A stretch of 64,000 bases of DNA from Squalus acanthias. Its lineage: Eukaryota. The notes beneath the pieces were generated by a model. The model did no database searches. It was not told where the DNA came from and saw only the letters and a program-made list of their open reading frames with translations. Shown one piece after another: positions 50,801 to 64,000 of the stretch. Made by a program: the position numbers and the translations under genes. The DNA is taken from positions 145,826,001-145,890,000 of the forward strand of contig CM059431.1 in NCBI GenBank assembly GCA_030390025.1, read 5' to 3'. Position 1 is the stretch's first letter. Every line of letters starts with the position of its first letter.

Positions 50801-53800
50801 GTGAGGGACACTGAAATTACTGGAACACGGAGAGTGAGAGTGTGAGGGACACAGTGTGTGGAATTACTGGATCACGGAGAGTGAGAGTGTGAGGAACACA
50901 GAGTGTTAATTATTGGATCAGGGAGAGGAGAGTGTGAGGGACACAGAGTGTTCAATTACTGGATCACAGAGAGTGAGAGTGTGAGGGACATAGTGTGTGG
51001 AATTACTGGATCACGGAGAGTGAGAGTGTGAGGGAAACAGAGTGTATAATTACAGGATTACGGAGAGTGAGAGTGCGAGGGAAACAGAGTGTGAAATTAC
51101 TGGAACAAGGAGAGTGAGAGTGTGAGGGACACAGAGTGTTCAATTACTGGATCACGGAGAGTGAGAATGTGAGGGACACAGTGTGTGGAATTACTGGATC
51201 ACGGAGAGTGAGAGTGCTTGGGACACAGAGTACAATTGCTGGAACACAGAGAGTGAGAGTGTGAGGGACACAGAGTGTACAAATACTGGAACATGGAGAG
51301 TGAGAGTGCGAGGGACACTGAGTGTACAATTGCTGGAACACGGAGAGTGAGAGTGTAAGGGACACAGAGTGTATAATTACAGGATTACGGAGAGTGAGAG
51401 TGCGAGGGAAACAGAGTGTGAAATTACTGGAACAAGGAGAGTGAGAGTGTGAGGGACACAGAGTGTTCAATTACTGGATCACGGAGAGTGAGAATGTGAG
51501 GGACACAGTGTGTGGAATTACTGGATCACGGAGAGTGAGAGTGCTTGGGACACAGAGTACAATTGCTGGAACACAGAGAGTGAGAGTGTGAGGGACACAG
51601 AGTGTACAAATACTGGAACATGGAGAGTGAGAGTGCGAGGGACACAGAGTGTACAATTGCTGGAACACGGAGAGTGAGAGTGTAAGGGACACAGAGTGTA
51701 CAATTACTGGAACACGGAGAGTGCGAGCGTGAGGGACACAGAGTGTACAATTAATGGAACACGGAGAGTGAGAGTGTGAGGGACACAGTGTGTGGAATTA
51801 CTGGAACAAGGAGGATGAGAGTGTGAGGGACACAGAGTGTACAAATACTGGAACATGGAGAGTGAGAGTGCGAGGGACACAGAGTGTACAATTGCTGGAA
51901 CACGGAGAGTGAGAGTGTGAGGGACACAGAGTGTACAATTACTGGAACACGGAGAGTGAGAGTGTGAGGGACACAGTGTGTGGAATTACTGGAACAAGGA
52001 GAGTGAGAGTGTGAGGGACACAGAGTGTACAATTACTGGAACACGGAGAGTGAGAGTGTCAGGGACAGAGAGTGTGCAATTACTGCAACACGGAGAGTGA
52101 GAGTGTGAGGGCCACAGAGTGTACAATTACTGGAACACGGAGAGTGTCAGGGACACAGAGTGTGCAATTACTGTAACACGGAGAGTGTCAGGGACACAAT
52201 GTGTGCAATTACTGGAACACGGAGAGTGAGAGTGTCAGGGACACAGTAGTAACAATTACTGGAACACGGAGAGTGAGAGTGTCAGGGACACAGTGGTAAC
52301 AATTACTGGAACACGGAGAGTGAGAGTGTCAGGGACACAGTGGTAACAATTACTGGAACAAGGAGAGTGAGAGTGTGAGGGACACAGATTGTACAATTGC
52401 TGGAACACAGAGAGTGAGAGTGTGAGGGACACAGAGTGTACAAATACTGGAACATGGAGAGTGAGAGTGCGAGGGACACAGAGTGTACAATTGCTGGAAC
52501 ACGGAGAGTGAGAGTGTCAGGGACACAGAGTGTACAATTAATGGAACACGGAGAGTGAGAGTGTCAGGGACAGAGAGTGTGCAATTACTGCAACACGGAG
52601 AGTGAGAGTGTGAGGGCCACAGAGTGTACAATTACTGGAACACGGAGAGTGTCAGGGACACAGAGTGTGCAATTACTGGAACACGGAGAGTGTCAGGGAC
52701 ACAATGTGTGCAATTACTGGAACACGGAGAGTGAGAGTGTCAGGGACACAGTAGTAACAATTACTGGAACACGGAGAGTGAGAGTGTCAGGGACACAGTT
52801 GTAACAATTACTGGAACACGGAGAGTGAGAGTGTCAGGGAGACAGTGGTAACAATTACTGGAACAAGGAGAGTGAGAGTGTGAGGGACACAGATTGTACA
52901 ATTGCTGGAACACAGAGAGTGAGAGTGTGAGGGACACAGAGTGTACAAATACTGGAACATGGAGAGTGAGAGTGCGAGGGACACAGAGTGTACAATTGCT
53001 GGAACACGGAGAGTGAGAGTGTGAGGGACACAGAGTGTACAATTACTGGAACACGGAGAGTGAGAGTGTGAGGGACACAGAGTGTACAATTAATGGAACA
53101 CGGAGAGTGAGAGTGTGAGGGACACAGTGTGTGGAATTACTGGAACAAGGAGGTTGAGAGTGTGAGGAACACAGAGTGTACTATTACTGGAACACGGAGA
53201 GTGAGAGTGTCAGGGACAGAGAGTGTGCAATTACTGGAACACGGAGAGTGAGTGTGTGAGGGCCACAGAGTGTACAATTACTGGAACACGGAGAGTGAGA
53301 GTGTGAGGGACACAGTGTGTAACAATTACTGGAACATGGAGAGTGAGAGTGTCAGGGACACAGTGTGTCCAATTACTGGAACACGGAGAGTGTCAGGGAC
53401 ACCGTGTGTACAATTACTGGAACACGGAGAGTGAGAGTGCGAGGGACACAGTTAGTGAAAAATTACTGGAACACGGAGAGTTATAGTGTGAGGTACACAT
53501 AGAGTACAATTACTGGAACATGGAGAGTGAGTGTGTGAGGGACACAGAATGTACAATTACTGGATCACGGAGAGTGAGAGTGTGAGGGACACAGAGTGTA
53601 CAATTACTGGAACACGGAGAGTGAGAGTGTGAGGGACACCGTATGTACAATTACTGGAACACGGAGAGTGAGAGTATGAGGGACACAGAATGTACAATTA
53701 CTGGAACACGGAGAGTGAGAGTGTGAGGGACACTGAAATTACTGGAACACGGAGAGTGAGAGTGTGAGGGACACAGTGTGTGGAATTACTGGATCACGGA

Positions 53801-56800
53801 GAGTGAGAGTGTGAGGAACACAGAGTGTTAATTATTGGATCAGGGAGAGGAGAGTGTGAGGGACACAGAGTGTTCAATTACTGGATCACAGAGAGTGAGA
53901 GTGTGAGGGACATAGTGTGTGGAATTACTGGATCACGGAGAGTGAGAGTGTGAGGGAAACAGAGTGTATAATTACAGGATTACGGAGAGTGAGAGTGCGA
54001 GGGAAACAGAGTGTGAAATTACTGGAACAAGGAGAGTGAGAGTGTGAGGGACACAGAGTGTTCAATTACTGGATCACGGAGAGTGAGAATGTGAGGGACA
54101 CAGTGTGTGGAATTACTGGATCACGGAGAGTGAGAGTGCTTGGGACACAGAGTACAATTGCTGGAACACAGAGAGTGAGAGTGTGAGGGACACAGAGTGT
54201 ACAAATACTGGAACATGGAGAGTGAGAGTGCGAGGGACACTGAGTGTACAATTGCTGGAACACGGAGAGTGAGAGTGTAAGGGACACAGAGTGTATAATT
54301 ACAGGATTACGGAGAGTGAGAGTGCGAGGGAAACAGAGTGTGAAATTACTGGAACAAGGAGAGTGAGAGTGTGAGGGACACAGAGTGTTCAATTACTGGA
54401 TCACGGAGAGTGAGAATGTGAGGGACACAGTGTGTGGAATTACTGGATCACGGAGAGTGAGAGTGCTTGGGACACAGAGTACAATTGCTGGAACACAGAG
54501 AGTGAGAGTGTGAGGGACACAGAGTGTACAAATACTGGAACATGGAGAGTGAGAGTGCGAGGGACACAGAGTGTACAATTGCTGGAACACGGAGAGTGAG
54601 AGTGTAAGGGACACAGAGTGTACAATTACTGGAACACGGAGAGTGCGAGCGTGAGGGACACAGAGTGTACAATTAATGGAACACGGAGAGTGAGAGTGTG
54701 AGGGACACAGTGTGTGGAATTACTGGAACAAGGAGGATGAGAGTGTGAGGGACACAGAGTGTACAAATACTGGAACATGGAGAGTGAGAGTGCGAGGGAC
54801 ACAGAGTGTACAATTGCTGGAACACGGAGAGTGAGAGTGTGAGGGACACAGAGTGTACAATTACTGGAACACGGAGAGTGAGAGTGTGAGGGACACAGTG
54901 TGTGGAATTACTGGAACAAGGAGAGTGAGAGTGTGAGGGACACAGAGTGTACAATTACTGGAACACGGAGAGTGAGAGTGTCAGGGACAGAGAGTGTGCA
55001 ATTACTGCAACACGGAGAGTGAGAGTGTGAGGGCCACAGAGTGTACAATTACTGGAACACGGAGAGTGTCAGGGACACAGAGTGTGCAATTACTGGAACA
55101 CGGAGAGTGTCAGGGACACAATGTGTGCAATTACTGGAACACGGAGAGTGAGAGTGTCAGGGACACAGTAGTAACAATTACTGGAACACGGAGAGTGAGA
55201 GTGTCAGGGACACAGTGGTAACAATTACTGGAACACGGAGAGTGAGAGTGTCAGGGACACAGTGGTAACAATTACTGGAACAAGGAGAGTGAGAGTGTGA
55301 GGGACACAGATTGTACAATTGCTGGAACACAGAGAGTGAGAGTGTGAGGGACACAGAGTGTACAAATACTGGAACATGGAGAGTGAGAGTGCGAGGGACA
55401 CAGAGTGTACAATTGCTGGAACACGGAGAGTGAGAGTGTCAGGGACACAGAGTGTACAATTAATGGAACACGGAGAGTGAGAGTGTGAGGGACACAGTGT
55501 GTGGAATTACTGGAACAAGGAGAGTGAGAGTGTGAGGAACACAGAGTGTACAATTACGGGAACACAAAGAGTGAGAGTGTCAGGGACAGAGAGTGTGCAA
55601 TTACTGGAACACGGAGAGTGAGTGTGTGAGGGCCACAGAGTGTACAATTACTGGAACACGGAGAGTGAGAGTGTGAGGGACACAGTGTGTAACAATTACT
55701 GGAACATGGAGAGTGAGAGTGTCAGGGACACAGTGTGTCCAATTACTGGAACACGGAGAGTGTCAGGGACACCGTGTGTACAATTACTGGAACACGGAGA
55801 GTGAGAGTGCGAGGGACACAGTTAGTGTAAAATTACTGGGACACGGAGAGTTATAGTGTGAGGTACACATAGAGTACAATTACTGGAACATGGAGAGTGA
55901 GTGTGTGAGGGACACAGAATGTACAATTACTGGATCACGGAGAGTGAGAGTGTGAGGGACACAGAGTGTACAATTAATGGAACACGGAGAGTGAGAGTGT
56001 GAGGGACACAGTGTGTGGAATTACTGGAACAAGGAGGTTGAGAGTGTGAGGAACACAGAGTGTACTATTACTGGAACACGGAGAGTGAGAGTGTCAGGGA
56101 CAGAGAGTGTGCAATTACTGGAACACGGAGAGTGAGTGTGTGAGGGCCACAGAGTGTACAATTACTGGAACACGGAGAGTGAGAGTGTGAGGGACACAGT
56201 GTGTAACAATTACTGGAACATGGAGAGTGAGAGTGTCAGGGACACAGTGTGTCCAATTACTGGAACACGGAGAGTGTCAGGGACACCGTGTGTACAATTA
56301 CTGGAACACGGAGAGTGAGAGTGCGAGGGACACAGTTAGTGAAAAATTACTGGAACACGGAGAGTTATAGTGTGAGGTACACATAGAGTACAATTACTGG
56401 AACATGGAGAGTGAGTGTGTGAGGGACACAGAATGTACAATTACTGGATCACGGAGAGTGAGAGTGTGAGGGACACAGAGTGTACAATTACTGGAACACG
56501 GAGAGTGAGAGTGTGAGGGACACCGTATGTACAATTACTGGAACACGGAGAGTGAGAGTATGAGGGACACAGAATGTACAATTACTGGAACACGGAGAGT
56601 GAGAGTGTGAGGGACACTGAAATTACTGGAACACGGAGAGTGAGAGTGTGAGGGACACAGTGTGTGGAATTACTGGATCACGGAGAGTGAGAGTGTGAGG
56701 AACACAGAGTGTTAATTATTGGATCAGGGAGAGGAGAGTGTGAGGGACACAGAGTGTTCAATTACTGGATCACAGAGAGTGAGAGTGTGAGGGACATAGT

Positions 56801-59800
56801 GTGTGGAATTACTGGATCACGGAGAGTGAGAGTGTGAGGGAAACAGAGTGTATAATTACAGGATTACGGAGAGTGAGAGTGCGAGGGAAACAGAGTGTGA
56901 AATTACTGGAACAAGGAGAGTGAGAGTGTGAGGGACACAGAGTGTTCAATTACTGGATCACGGAGAGTGAGAATGTGAGGGACACAGTGTGTGGAATTAC
57001 TGGATCACGGAGAGTGAGAGTGCTTGGGACACAGAGTACAATTGCTGGAACACAGAGAGTGAGAGTGTGAGGGACACAGAGTGTACAAATACTGGAACAT
57101 GGAGAGTGAGAGTGCGAGGGACACTGAGTGTACAATTGCTGGAACACGGAGAGTGAGAGTGTAAGGGACACAGAGTGTATAATTACAGGATTACGGAGAG
57201 TGAGAGTGCGAGGGAAACAGAGTGTGAAATTACTGGAACAAGGAGAGTGAGAGTGTGAGGGACACAGAGTGTTCAATTACTGGATCACGGAGAGTGAGAA
57301 TGTGAGGGACACAGTGTGTGGAATTACTGGATCACGGAGAGTGAGAGTGCTTGGGACACAGAGTACAATTGCTGGAACACAGAGAGTGAGAGTGTGAGGG
57401 ACACAGAGTGTACAAATACTGGAACATGGAGAGTGAGAGTGCGAGGGACACAGAGTGTACAATTGCTGGAACACGGAGAGTGAGAGTGTAAGGGACACAG
57501 AGTGTACAATTACTGGAACACGGAGAGTGCGAGCGTGAGGGACACAGAGTGTACAATTAATGGAACACGGAGAGTGAGAGTGTGAGGGACACAGTGTGTG
57601 GAATTACTGGAACAAGGAGGATGAGAGTGTGAGGGACACAGAGTGTACAAATACTGGAACATGGAGAGTGAGAGTGCGAGGGACACAGAGTGTACAATTG
57701 CTGGAACACGGAGAGTGAGAGTGTGAGGGACACAGAGTGTACAATTACTGGAACACGGAGAGTGAGAGTGTGAGGGACACAGTGTGTGGAATTACTGGAA
57801 CAAGGAGAGTGAGAGTGTGAGGGACACAGAGTGTACAATTACTGGAACACGGAGAGTGAGAGTGTCAGGGACAGAGAGTGTGCAATTACTGCAACACGGA
57901 GAGTGAGAGTGTGAGGGCCACAGAGTGTACAATTACTGGAACACTGAGAGTGTCAGGGACACAGAGTGTGCAATTACTGGAACACGGAGAGTGTCAGGGA
58001 CACAATGTGTGCAATTACTGGAACACGGAGAGTGAGAGTGTCAGGGACACAGTAGTAACAATTACTGGAACACGGAGAGTGAGAGTGTCAGGGACACAGT
58101 GGTAACAATTACTGGAACACGGAGAGTGAGAGTGTCAGGGACACAGTGGTAACAATTACTGGAACAAGGAGAGTGAGAGTGTGAGGGACACAGATTGTAC
58201 AATTGCTGGAACACAGAGAGTGAGACTGTGAGGGACACAGAGTGTACAAATACTGGAACATGGAGAGTGAGAGTGCGAGGGACACAGAGTGTACAATTGC
58301 TGGAACACGGAGAGTGAGAGTGTCAGGGACACAGAGTGTACAATTAATGGAACACGGAGAGTGAGAGTGTGAGGGACACAGTGTGTGGAATTACTGGAAC
58401 AAGGAGAGTGAGAGTGTGAGGAACACAGAGTGTACAATTACTGGAACACAAAGAGTGAGAGTGTCAGGGACAGAGAGTGTGCAATTACTGGAACACGGAG
58501 AGTGAGTGTGTGAGGGCCACAGAGTGTACAATTACTGGAACACGGAGAGTGAGAGTGTGAGGGACACAGTGTGTAACAATTACTGGAACATGGAGAGTGA
58601 GAGTGTCAGGGACACAGTGTGTCCAATTACTGGAACACGGAGAGTGTCAGGGACACCGTGTGTACAATTACTGGAACACGGAGAGTGAGAGTGCGAGGGA
58701 CACAGTTAGTGTAAAATTACTGGGACACGGAGAGTTATAGTGTGAGGTACACATAGAGTACAATTACTGGAACATGGAGAGTGAGTGTGTGAGGGACACA
58801 GAATGTACAATTACTGGATCACGGAGAGTGAGAGTGTGAGGGACACAGAGTGTACAATTACTGGAACATGGAGAGTGAGAGTGTGAGGGACACCGTATGT
58901 ACAATTACTGGAACACGGAGAGTGAGAGTATGAGGAACACAGAATGTACAATTACTGGAACACGGAGAGTGAGAGTGTGAGGGACACTGAAATTACTGGA
59001 ACACGGAGAGTGAGAGTGTGAGGGACACAGTGTGTGGAATTACTGGATCACGGAGAGTGAGAGTGTGAGGAACACAGAGTGTTAATTATTGGATCAGGGA
59101 GAGGAGAGTGTGAGGGACACAGAGTGTTCAATTACTGGATCACGGAGAGTGAGAGTGTGAGGGACATAGTGTGTGGAATTACTGGATCACGGAGAGTGAG
59201 AGTGTGAGGGAAACAGAGTGTATAATTACAGGATTACGGAGAGTGAGAGTGCGAGGGAAACAGAGTGTGAAATTACTGGAACAAGGAGAGTGAGAGTGTG
59301 AGGGACACAGAGTGTTCAATTACTGGAACACGGAGAGTGAGAGTGTGAGGGACACTGTGAAATTACTGGAACACGGAGAGTGAGAGTGTGAGGGACACAG
59401 TGTGTGGAATTACTGGAACACGGAGAGTGAGAGTGTGAGGAACACAGAGTGTTAATTATTGGATCACGGAGAGTGAGAGTGTGAGGGACACAGAGTGTTC
59501 AATTACTGGATCACTGAGAGTGAGAGTGTGAGGGAAACAGTGTGTGGAATTACTGGAACACGGAGAGTGAGAGTATGAGGGAAACAGAGTGTATAATTAC
59601 TGGATCACGGAGAGTGAGAGTGCGAGGGACACAGAGTGTACAATTACTGGAACACGGAGAGTTAGAGTGTGAGGGACACAGAGTACAATTGCTGGAACAC
59701 AGAGATTGAAAGTGTGAGGGACACAGAGTGTACAATTACTGGAACATGGAGAGTGAGAGTGCGAGGGACACAGAGTGTAAAATTGCTGGAACACGGAGAG

Positions 59801-62148
59801 TGAGAGTGTGAGGGACATAGAGTGTACAATTACTGGAACACGGAGAGTGAGAGTCTCAGGGACACAGAGTGTACAATTACTGAAACACGGAGAGTGAGAG
59901 TGTGAGGGACACAGTGTGTGGAATTACTGGAACACGGAGAGTGAGAGTGTGAGGGACACAGAATGTACAATTACTGGAACACGGAGAGTGAGAGTGTCAG
60001 GGACAGAGAGTGTGCAATTACTGCAACACGGAGAGTGAGTGTGTGAGGGCCACAGAGAGTACAATTACTGGAACACGGAGAGTGAGAGTGTGAGGGACAC
60101 AGAGTGTACAATTACTGGAACACGGAGAGTGAGAGTGTGAGGGACACAGTGTGTAACAATTACTGGAACACGGCGAGTGAGAGTGTGAGGGACACAGTAT
60201 GTCCAATTACTGGAACACGGAGAGTGAGAGTGTCAGGGACACAGTGTGTGCAATTACTGGAACACGGAGAGTGAGAGTGTCAGGGACACAGTGTGTGCAA
60301 TTACTGGAACACGGAGAGTGTCAGGGACACAATGTGTACAATTACTGGAACATGGAGAGTGAGAGTGCGAGGGACACAGTTAGTGTAAAATTACTGGAAC
60401 ACGGAGAGTTATAGTGTGAGGTACACATAGAGTACAATTACTGGAACACGGAGAGTGAGAGTGTGAGGGACACAGAGTGTTCAATTACTGGAACATGGAG
60501 AGTGAGAGTGTGAAGGACAGAGAGTGTGCAATTACTGGAACATGGAGAGTGAGAGTGTGAGGGACACAGAGTGTGAAATTACTGGAACAATGAGAGTGAG
60601 AGTGTGAGGGACACAGAGTGTTCAAATACTGGAACACGGAGAGTGAGAGTGTGAGGGACACTGTGAAATTACTGGAACACGGAGATTGAGAGTGTGAGGG
60701 ACACAGTGTGTGGAATTACTGGAACACGGAGAGTGAGAGTGTGAGGGACACAGAGTGTTCAATTACTGGATCACGGAGAGTGAGAATGTGAGGGACACAG
60801 TGTGTGGAATTACTGGATCACGGAGAGTGAGAGTGCTTGGGACACAGAGTACAATTGCTGGAACACAGAGAGTGAGAGTGTGAGGGACACAGAGTGTACA
60901 AATACTGGAACATGGAGAGTGAGAGTGCGAGGGACACAGAGTGTACAATTGCTGGAACACGGAGAGTGAGAGTGTAAGGGACACAGAGTGTACAATTACT
61001 GGAACACGGAGAGTGAGAGTGTGAGGGACACAGAGTGTACAATGAATGGAACACGGAGAGTGAGAGTGTGAGGGACACAGTGTGTGGAATTACTGGAACA
61101 AGGAGGATGAGAGTGTGAGGGACACAGAGTGTACAAATACTGGAACATGGAGAGTGAGAGTGCGAGGGACACAGAGTGTACAATTGCTGGAACACGGAGA
61201 GTGAGAGTGTGAGGGACACAGAGTGTACAATTACTGGAACACGGAGAGTGAGAGTGTGAGGGACACAGAGTGTACAATTACTGGAACACGGAGAGTGAGA
61301 GTGTGAGGGACACAGTGTGTGGAATTACTGGAACAAGGAGAGTGAGAGTGTGAGGGACACAGAATGTACAATTACTGGAACACGGAGAGTGTCAGGGACA
61401 CAATGTGTGCAATTACTGGAACACGGAGAGTGAGAGGGTCAGGGACACAGTAGTAACAATTACTGGAACACGGAGAGTGAGAGTCTCAGGGACACAGAAT
61501 GTACAATTACTGAAACACGGAGAGTGAGAGTGTGAGGGACACAGTGTGTGGAATTACTGGAACACGGAGAGTGAGAGTGTGAGGGACACAGAATGTACAA
61601 TTACTGGAACACGGAGAGTGAGAGTGTCAGGGACAGAGAGTGTGCAATTACTGCAACACGGAGAGTGAGTGTGTAAGGGCCACAGAGAGTACAATTACTG
61701 GAACACGGAGAGTGAGAGTGTGAGGGACACAGTGTGTAAATTACTGGAACACGGAGAGTGAGAGTATGAGGGACACAGTGTGTACAATTACTGGAACACG
61801 AAGAGTGAGTGTGAGGGGCACATTGTGTTCAAGTACTGGAATACGGAGAATGAGAATGTGAGGGCCATTATGTGTACAATTACTGGAACACAGAGAGTGA
61901 GTGTGAGGGACACAGTGTGTAAAATTAGGGGAACACGGAAAGTGAGAGTGTGGGGCACACAGTGAGTTAATTCATGGAACACGGAGTTGAGAGTGCGAGG
62001 GACACAGTGAGGTAATCAGTGGAACACGGAGAGTGAGAGTGTGAGGTACACAGTGTGTTCAATTACTGGAACACAGAGAGTCATAGTGTGAGGGACACAG
62101 TTTGTAAAATTACTGGAAGAGGGAAAGTGAGAATGTGAGAGACACAGT

Positions 62149-62857
62149 GGGCTGGATTTTGATACTGGGGCGGGTTGGGGTCGTGTTATCCACCCGACTG
62201 TTATTGGATGTGGGAGATTGATGCAATTTTCACCTATTGGGCAATTGAGTTCCAGCATGTGGGAACCCATGAACCAATTAGTGGTTTCAGTCTGAAAGTC
62301 GCCTCTGATGATGTCATCATTGCTGCTGCATTGAAGGTCAGAGACTGCCTGGCCTTTGCTGTGAGAGGACCTGGATGCAAAATGAGCAGCAGAGAGAGAG
62401 AGAGAGAGAGAGAATTTTACATACAGGTCCTCTCCCAGCAAAGGCCAGGCAGTCTCTGAAGACTTTCAATGCAGCAGCATCAGAGGCGACTTTCAGACCT
62501 AGTACTACTACCTTCACATCTCCGTTGTAATAGTAGCTGATAGTGAGCTATCCAAATGTGTTCCCACCAGGTTTCACAATCGTGGTTCAGAACAGGCGTG
62601 CTTCATGCAGATCAAGGGTTAAAATCACAAAGGCCTTTCAAAATGGCATTATAGAGTCAATTTAGTGCTTGTTAAGGGCCTTAACAGCCTATCCCGCCTC
62701 TTAAAGGCGGGATGGAGTCGGGGCCAGCAGACATGATTTAATGAAAATTCCGTGGAGGCGGGATGGAGGCGGACTTGTGCCTGCAGGCCAGTTTTCGCAA
62801 TATTAACCCCCCACAAGCCTCCAAACCGGCCTCCACGGGTCAATGAAAATCCAGCCC
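62149..62857. mobile_element. MITE 1, duplicated copy
   Basis: Same TIR, TSD and flanks as 32369-33077. Confidence 0.92.
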
Positions 62858-63048
62858 AGTGTGTTCAATTACTAGAACAGGGAGAGTGAGAGTGTGAGGG
62901 ACACAGTGTGTAGAATTACTGGAACACGAAGACTGAGAGTGTGAGGGAAACAGAGTGTATAATTACTGGAACATGGAGACTGAGAGTGTGAGGGACACAG
63001 AGTGTATAATTACTGGAACACGGAGAGTGAGAGTGTGAGGGAAACAGT

Positions 63049-63835
63049 GGGCTGGATTTTGAATGACCCATGGAGTCGGGTTTGGAGGCGTGTGGGGGGT
63101 TAAATTTGCGGGGTCGGGGTTTCCGACCCCATCCCGACTCCACGCAATTTTGACAAAATCAGTCGCGGGGTTCCCGACTCTGTCCCGCCTCCAAGAGGCG
63201 GGAGAGGCCATTAAAGCCCTTAACAAGCTCGAAATTGGCTCTGTAATGCCATTTTGAAACGTTTTAGCTAGTTTAACCCTTTTCTGACGTGAAGTACGCC
63301 TGATGTGAAACACTCCAGTGAAACCTGGCGGGAGCACAAGTGGACAGCTGACTATCGGCTGCAGGTCCACTATTACAACGGAGATATGATGAAGGTAGTA
63401 GTAGTATTAGGTCTGAAAGTCGCCTCTGATGCTGCTGCATTGAATGTCTTCAGAGACTGCCTAGGAGGACTTGGTTGCAAAAAAAAGTATCTGTCTCTCT
63501 GTCTCTCTGTCTCTCTCTCTCTCTCTGTCTCTCTCTCTCTCTGTCTCTCTCTCTCTCACACATTTTTGCATCCAGGTCCACTCACATCAAAAGCAAGCCA
63601 GGCAGGTCCTCTCTCATCAACAGTATCTGAGACTAGGCAGTCAGCAATGATGACATCATCAGAGGCGACTTTCAGACTGAAAACACTAATTAGTTCATGG
63701 GTTCCCACATGCTCTAACTCAATAGCCCAATTAAGTGAAAATTGCATCAGGCATCCACATTAATCAGGAGTCGGGGGGGAAACACGAAATACGGATTACA
63801 CGACCCCAACCCGACCCCAAGACAAAATCCAGCCC
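63049..63835. mobile_element. MITE 2, duplicated copy
   Basis: Same TIR, TSD and flanks as 33269-34055, with a few substitutions. Confidence 0.92.
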
Positions 63836-64000
63836 AGTGTGTTCAATTACTGGAAAACGGAGACTGGGAGTGGGTGTGTGAGAGACACAGTGTGTTAAAT
63901 TACTGGAACACGGAGAGTGAGAGTGTGAGGGACACAGAGTGTGCAATTACTGGAACAAGAAGAGTGAGAGTGTGAGGGACACAGTGTGTTCAATTACTGG

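Larger units (their letters stand above)
18253..64000. repeat. 47-bp satellite array with higher-order repeats (interrupted by transposons)
   Basis: Consensus AATTACTGGAACACGGAGAGTGAGAGTGTGAGGGACACAGAGTGTAC, with 41/45/48/49-bp variants. All monomers are head-to-tail and the array runs off the window end. Confidence 0.99.
48410..64000 (+). repeat. Near-identical copy of about 18630-34220 (offset 29,780 bp)
   Basis: Nearly all ORF-track entries from 18663 to 33984 recur exactly 29,780 bp later, including those over both MITEs. Confidence 0.97.

Noticed and set aside
18253..64000. Hundreds of Cys/His-rich short ORFs (TLCPSHSHSPCSSNC) resembling zinc fingers
   Set aside because: They are translations of a 47-bp unit that is not a multiple of 3, so the frame rotates and stops recur.
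18253..64000. CRISPR-like array
   Set aside because: No unique spacers, only variant monomers. The context is eukaryotic and there are no cas genes.
18330..64000. RAG heptamer CACAGTG in many monomers
   Set aside because: No ACAAAAACC-like nonamer at 12 or 23 bp, and no V/D/J segments.
18253..64000. Steroid-response-element-like GGGACA...TGTWCA in the monomer
   Set aside because: Half-sites are 5 bp apart rather than the canonical 3 bp.

Overview
Repeat-dominated eukaryotic window with no intact host gene that I can support. The CR1/L2 LINE families look like those of a cartilaginous fish (inference from recalled repeat families). Bases 1-18.25 kb are decayed LINEs, three of which have seeded minisatellites (36/37, 42 and 98/99 bp units). 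The 98-bp array carries three nested insertions with recognisable target-site duplications, and a ~13-kb-offset local duplication is present. Bases 18.25-64 kb are a 47-bp satellite with higher-order repeats and a 29,780-bp near-identical super-duplication. The satellite contains a full-length but inactivated PIF/Harbinger transposon (DDE transposase plus a convergent 3-exon Myb/SANT gene) and two Harbinger-like MITEs, each present twice. The most notable signal is that all three independent DNA-transposon insertions sit at the same base of the 47-bp monomer, the centre of an ACAC-NNN-GTGT palindrome.
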